Positions 62,301 through 64,000 of a stretch of 64,000 bases of DNA are shown in pieces; the stretch's first letter is position 1; each line of letters opens with the position of its first letter. Origin of the DNA: Setoptus koraiensis (taxonomy: Eukaryota > Animalia > Arthropoda); assembly GCA_048013815.1 (NCBI GenBank), contig CM106586.1, positions 1,674,001-1,738,000 on the forward strand. Direction: 5' to 3'. Both the position numbers and the translations under genes were made by a program. The notes under the pieces were generated by a model that made no database searches, had not been told where the DNA came from, and saw nothing but the letters and a program-made list of their open reading frames with translations.

Positions 62301-64000
62301 TAAATTTCATTTGTTGCGCGACTTTTGTTTAGAGGCGCCTGCTGCTGTGGCCACACCGACCAACTAATTGGCTCGGCCAGTTCGTTGGACGTGACGCGGC
62401 TCTCCACTTGTTCGCACATCATGATTGCCGTCGCCATCTCGCCCCGTCAAGCCAGTGCGATCGCCCGGCGCGCGCACCATACGGTACCTGTTGGCGCTTG
62501 TTTGGCTAGCGCTTGTTTGGTTGGGTTGGCCGCATGCTTGTGCGGCCGGCGTGCATTTCAGCCGACAACAACGTTCGACAACAACAGTCGACCACAACAG
62601 CCGACTACAACGGCCGACAGGTTGAGGCGCAGCGTTCGATAATGCAAATGGCCGGTTGCATTGTTGGAAGCGCTAATTGTATCGATTGGTCCGGTGCAAA
62701 TTGTGCAAGAGACGCTTGCAAACACCGGCCCATTGTGAGCGCAATCACTGGCAGCCAATGGTCGTCATACAGCGAGCAATATTGTGAAACGTTGTGATGT
62801 AACAGGCTCCGATTGAGTTGGAAGTTGTTGTTGTGTCTTGTTCGCGTTGCTCGTTCCAGCCGATTGTGAGTGTGTGTGTGAATGCAGTAATTGAAATTGA
62901 ACAGTAACCGTTGGAATTTTAATTGAACAGTGAACACGGGATTGGCATCACGGACTTGCTTACATAGAACTAATCTTTAATTGACTAATCTACAGTTGGG
63001 CTGGCAACACGTTGTTGTGGTCAGTTGTGGCCAGTGCTGGCCACTATTGATGTGTCCACCTATCAATCGCGGCCTGTCATTATCAACATCAACAAGCCTA
63101 ACAAAGTGACTGATTATCTATTATATCATAGATAGAGCAATGTTGATAAGCGCAAAGTTCAAATTCTCACCAGTTTCTGGAGTAGACCAATTGACTATTT
63201 GATTGAATGCGCATGTTATAGCGTGTAAACATTGAGTTTCGTTGGGGTCATGAGCTCATGACTGCACTGCACAACGCATGCGGCCAAGTAACATCACCGA
63301 CAAACACCAACTGGCCAATACTGGGCTGACCGCCATTTAGTTTCACAGATTGATAATTAACGAGCGCTTGTAACGAGACACCATTGGCCGCTGATTGGTT
63401 TCTGTGTGTTTCGTGTTGGAAGCCATGAATGAATATGAGAATGCAGCCAGCAGCCAGCAGCATCACTGACAAGAGAGATCAACGAAAAAAGTCATCGGCT
63501 CGCCAGCTGAGTTTTGACTCATTTTGCACTGTCACTGTTCACCGTTCGCGCAGACATTGTTGTCGATGCAACCTTATCGCTTGTTCGCCCGTTCGCCACT
63601 CTAATACCGGCCACTCATTTGCATTTGCAAGATAATTACAAAACAATGCTGAGCTGACAAATTCACACGCACACACACTCGTATGGGCAACAAATCGAGT
63701 TGAGAACTTGATTGGGTCGCCTAGCACTAATTGGAGTCGACAGGCAGCCTCGTTTGTGTGGACCGCGAACGTCGCCATGGGCCAACTACTGCCACTGCTG
63801 CTGCCGCTGTAACTGGATAGCTCGGCGCCGGTGCCACTAATCGTGTATCACCATTTATTGGCCGATGTAAAAAATGTGCCTAAACTGTCGAGTTAACTAT
63901 AGACTCTATAGAGCGCAGACTAAACCAACTTGCATTTGGCTTGACTGGCAAATTGAAATTTGCCATTGTGTGTCATTGTCTTCTCAGCGTTTTGACAACA

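Overview
Eukaryotic, arthropod-type genomic DNA. By inference it comes from a compact-genome acariform mite, possibly eriophyoid; this rests on intronless housekeeping genes, an arthropod gustatory receptor and CAA/TTG-rich spacers, and is not a taxonomic identification. Confident genes: an Sp6-9-type zinc-finger factor; a 3-exon gustatory-receptor-like gene; a tight cluster of a rabphilin-like Rab-binding-domain gene, NDUFB6, ATG101 and B4GALT7; a 2-exon class A GPCR of about 2,228 aa; and a second tight cluster of RIC8, UFM1, mago nashi and Tudor-SN. Between them lie long microsatellite/minisatellite-rich tracts, where most ORF-track calls look spurious, and a 500-N scaffold gap (34134-34633). 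The left part of the window carries copied material: a ~0.9-kb direct repeat with a 119-bp identical core, a decayed B4GALT7 paralog, and a 39/40-nt piece of RIC8. Best leads: the giant GPCR with altered microswitches, UFM1 and mago ending 5 bp apart, an apparently C2-less rabphilin, a small secreted-type ORF inside the repeat, and a GC-rich multi-hairpin island at 29.2 kb. No tRNA, rRNA, CRISPR array or intact transposon is supportable. I cannot claim a clearly new multi-gene system.
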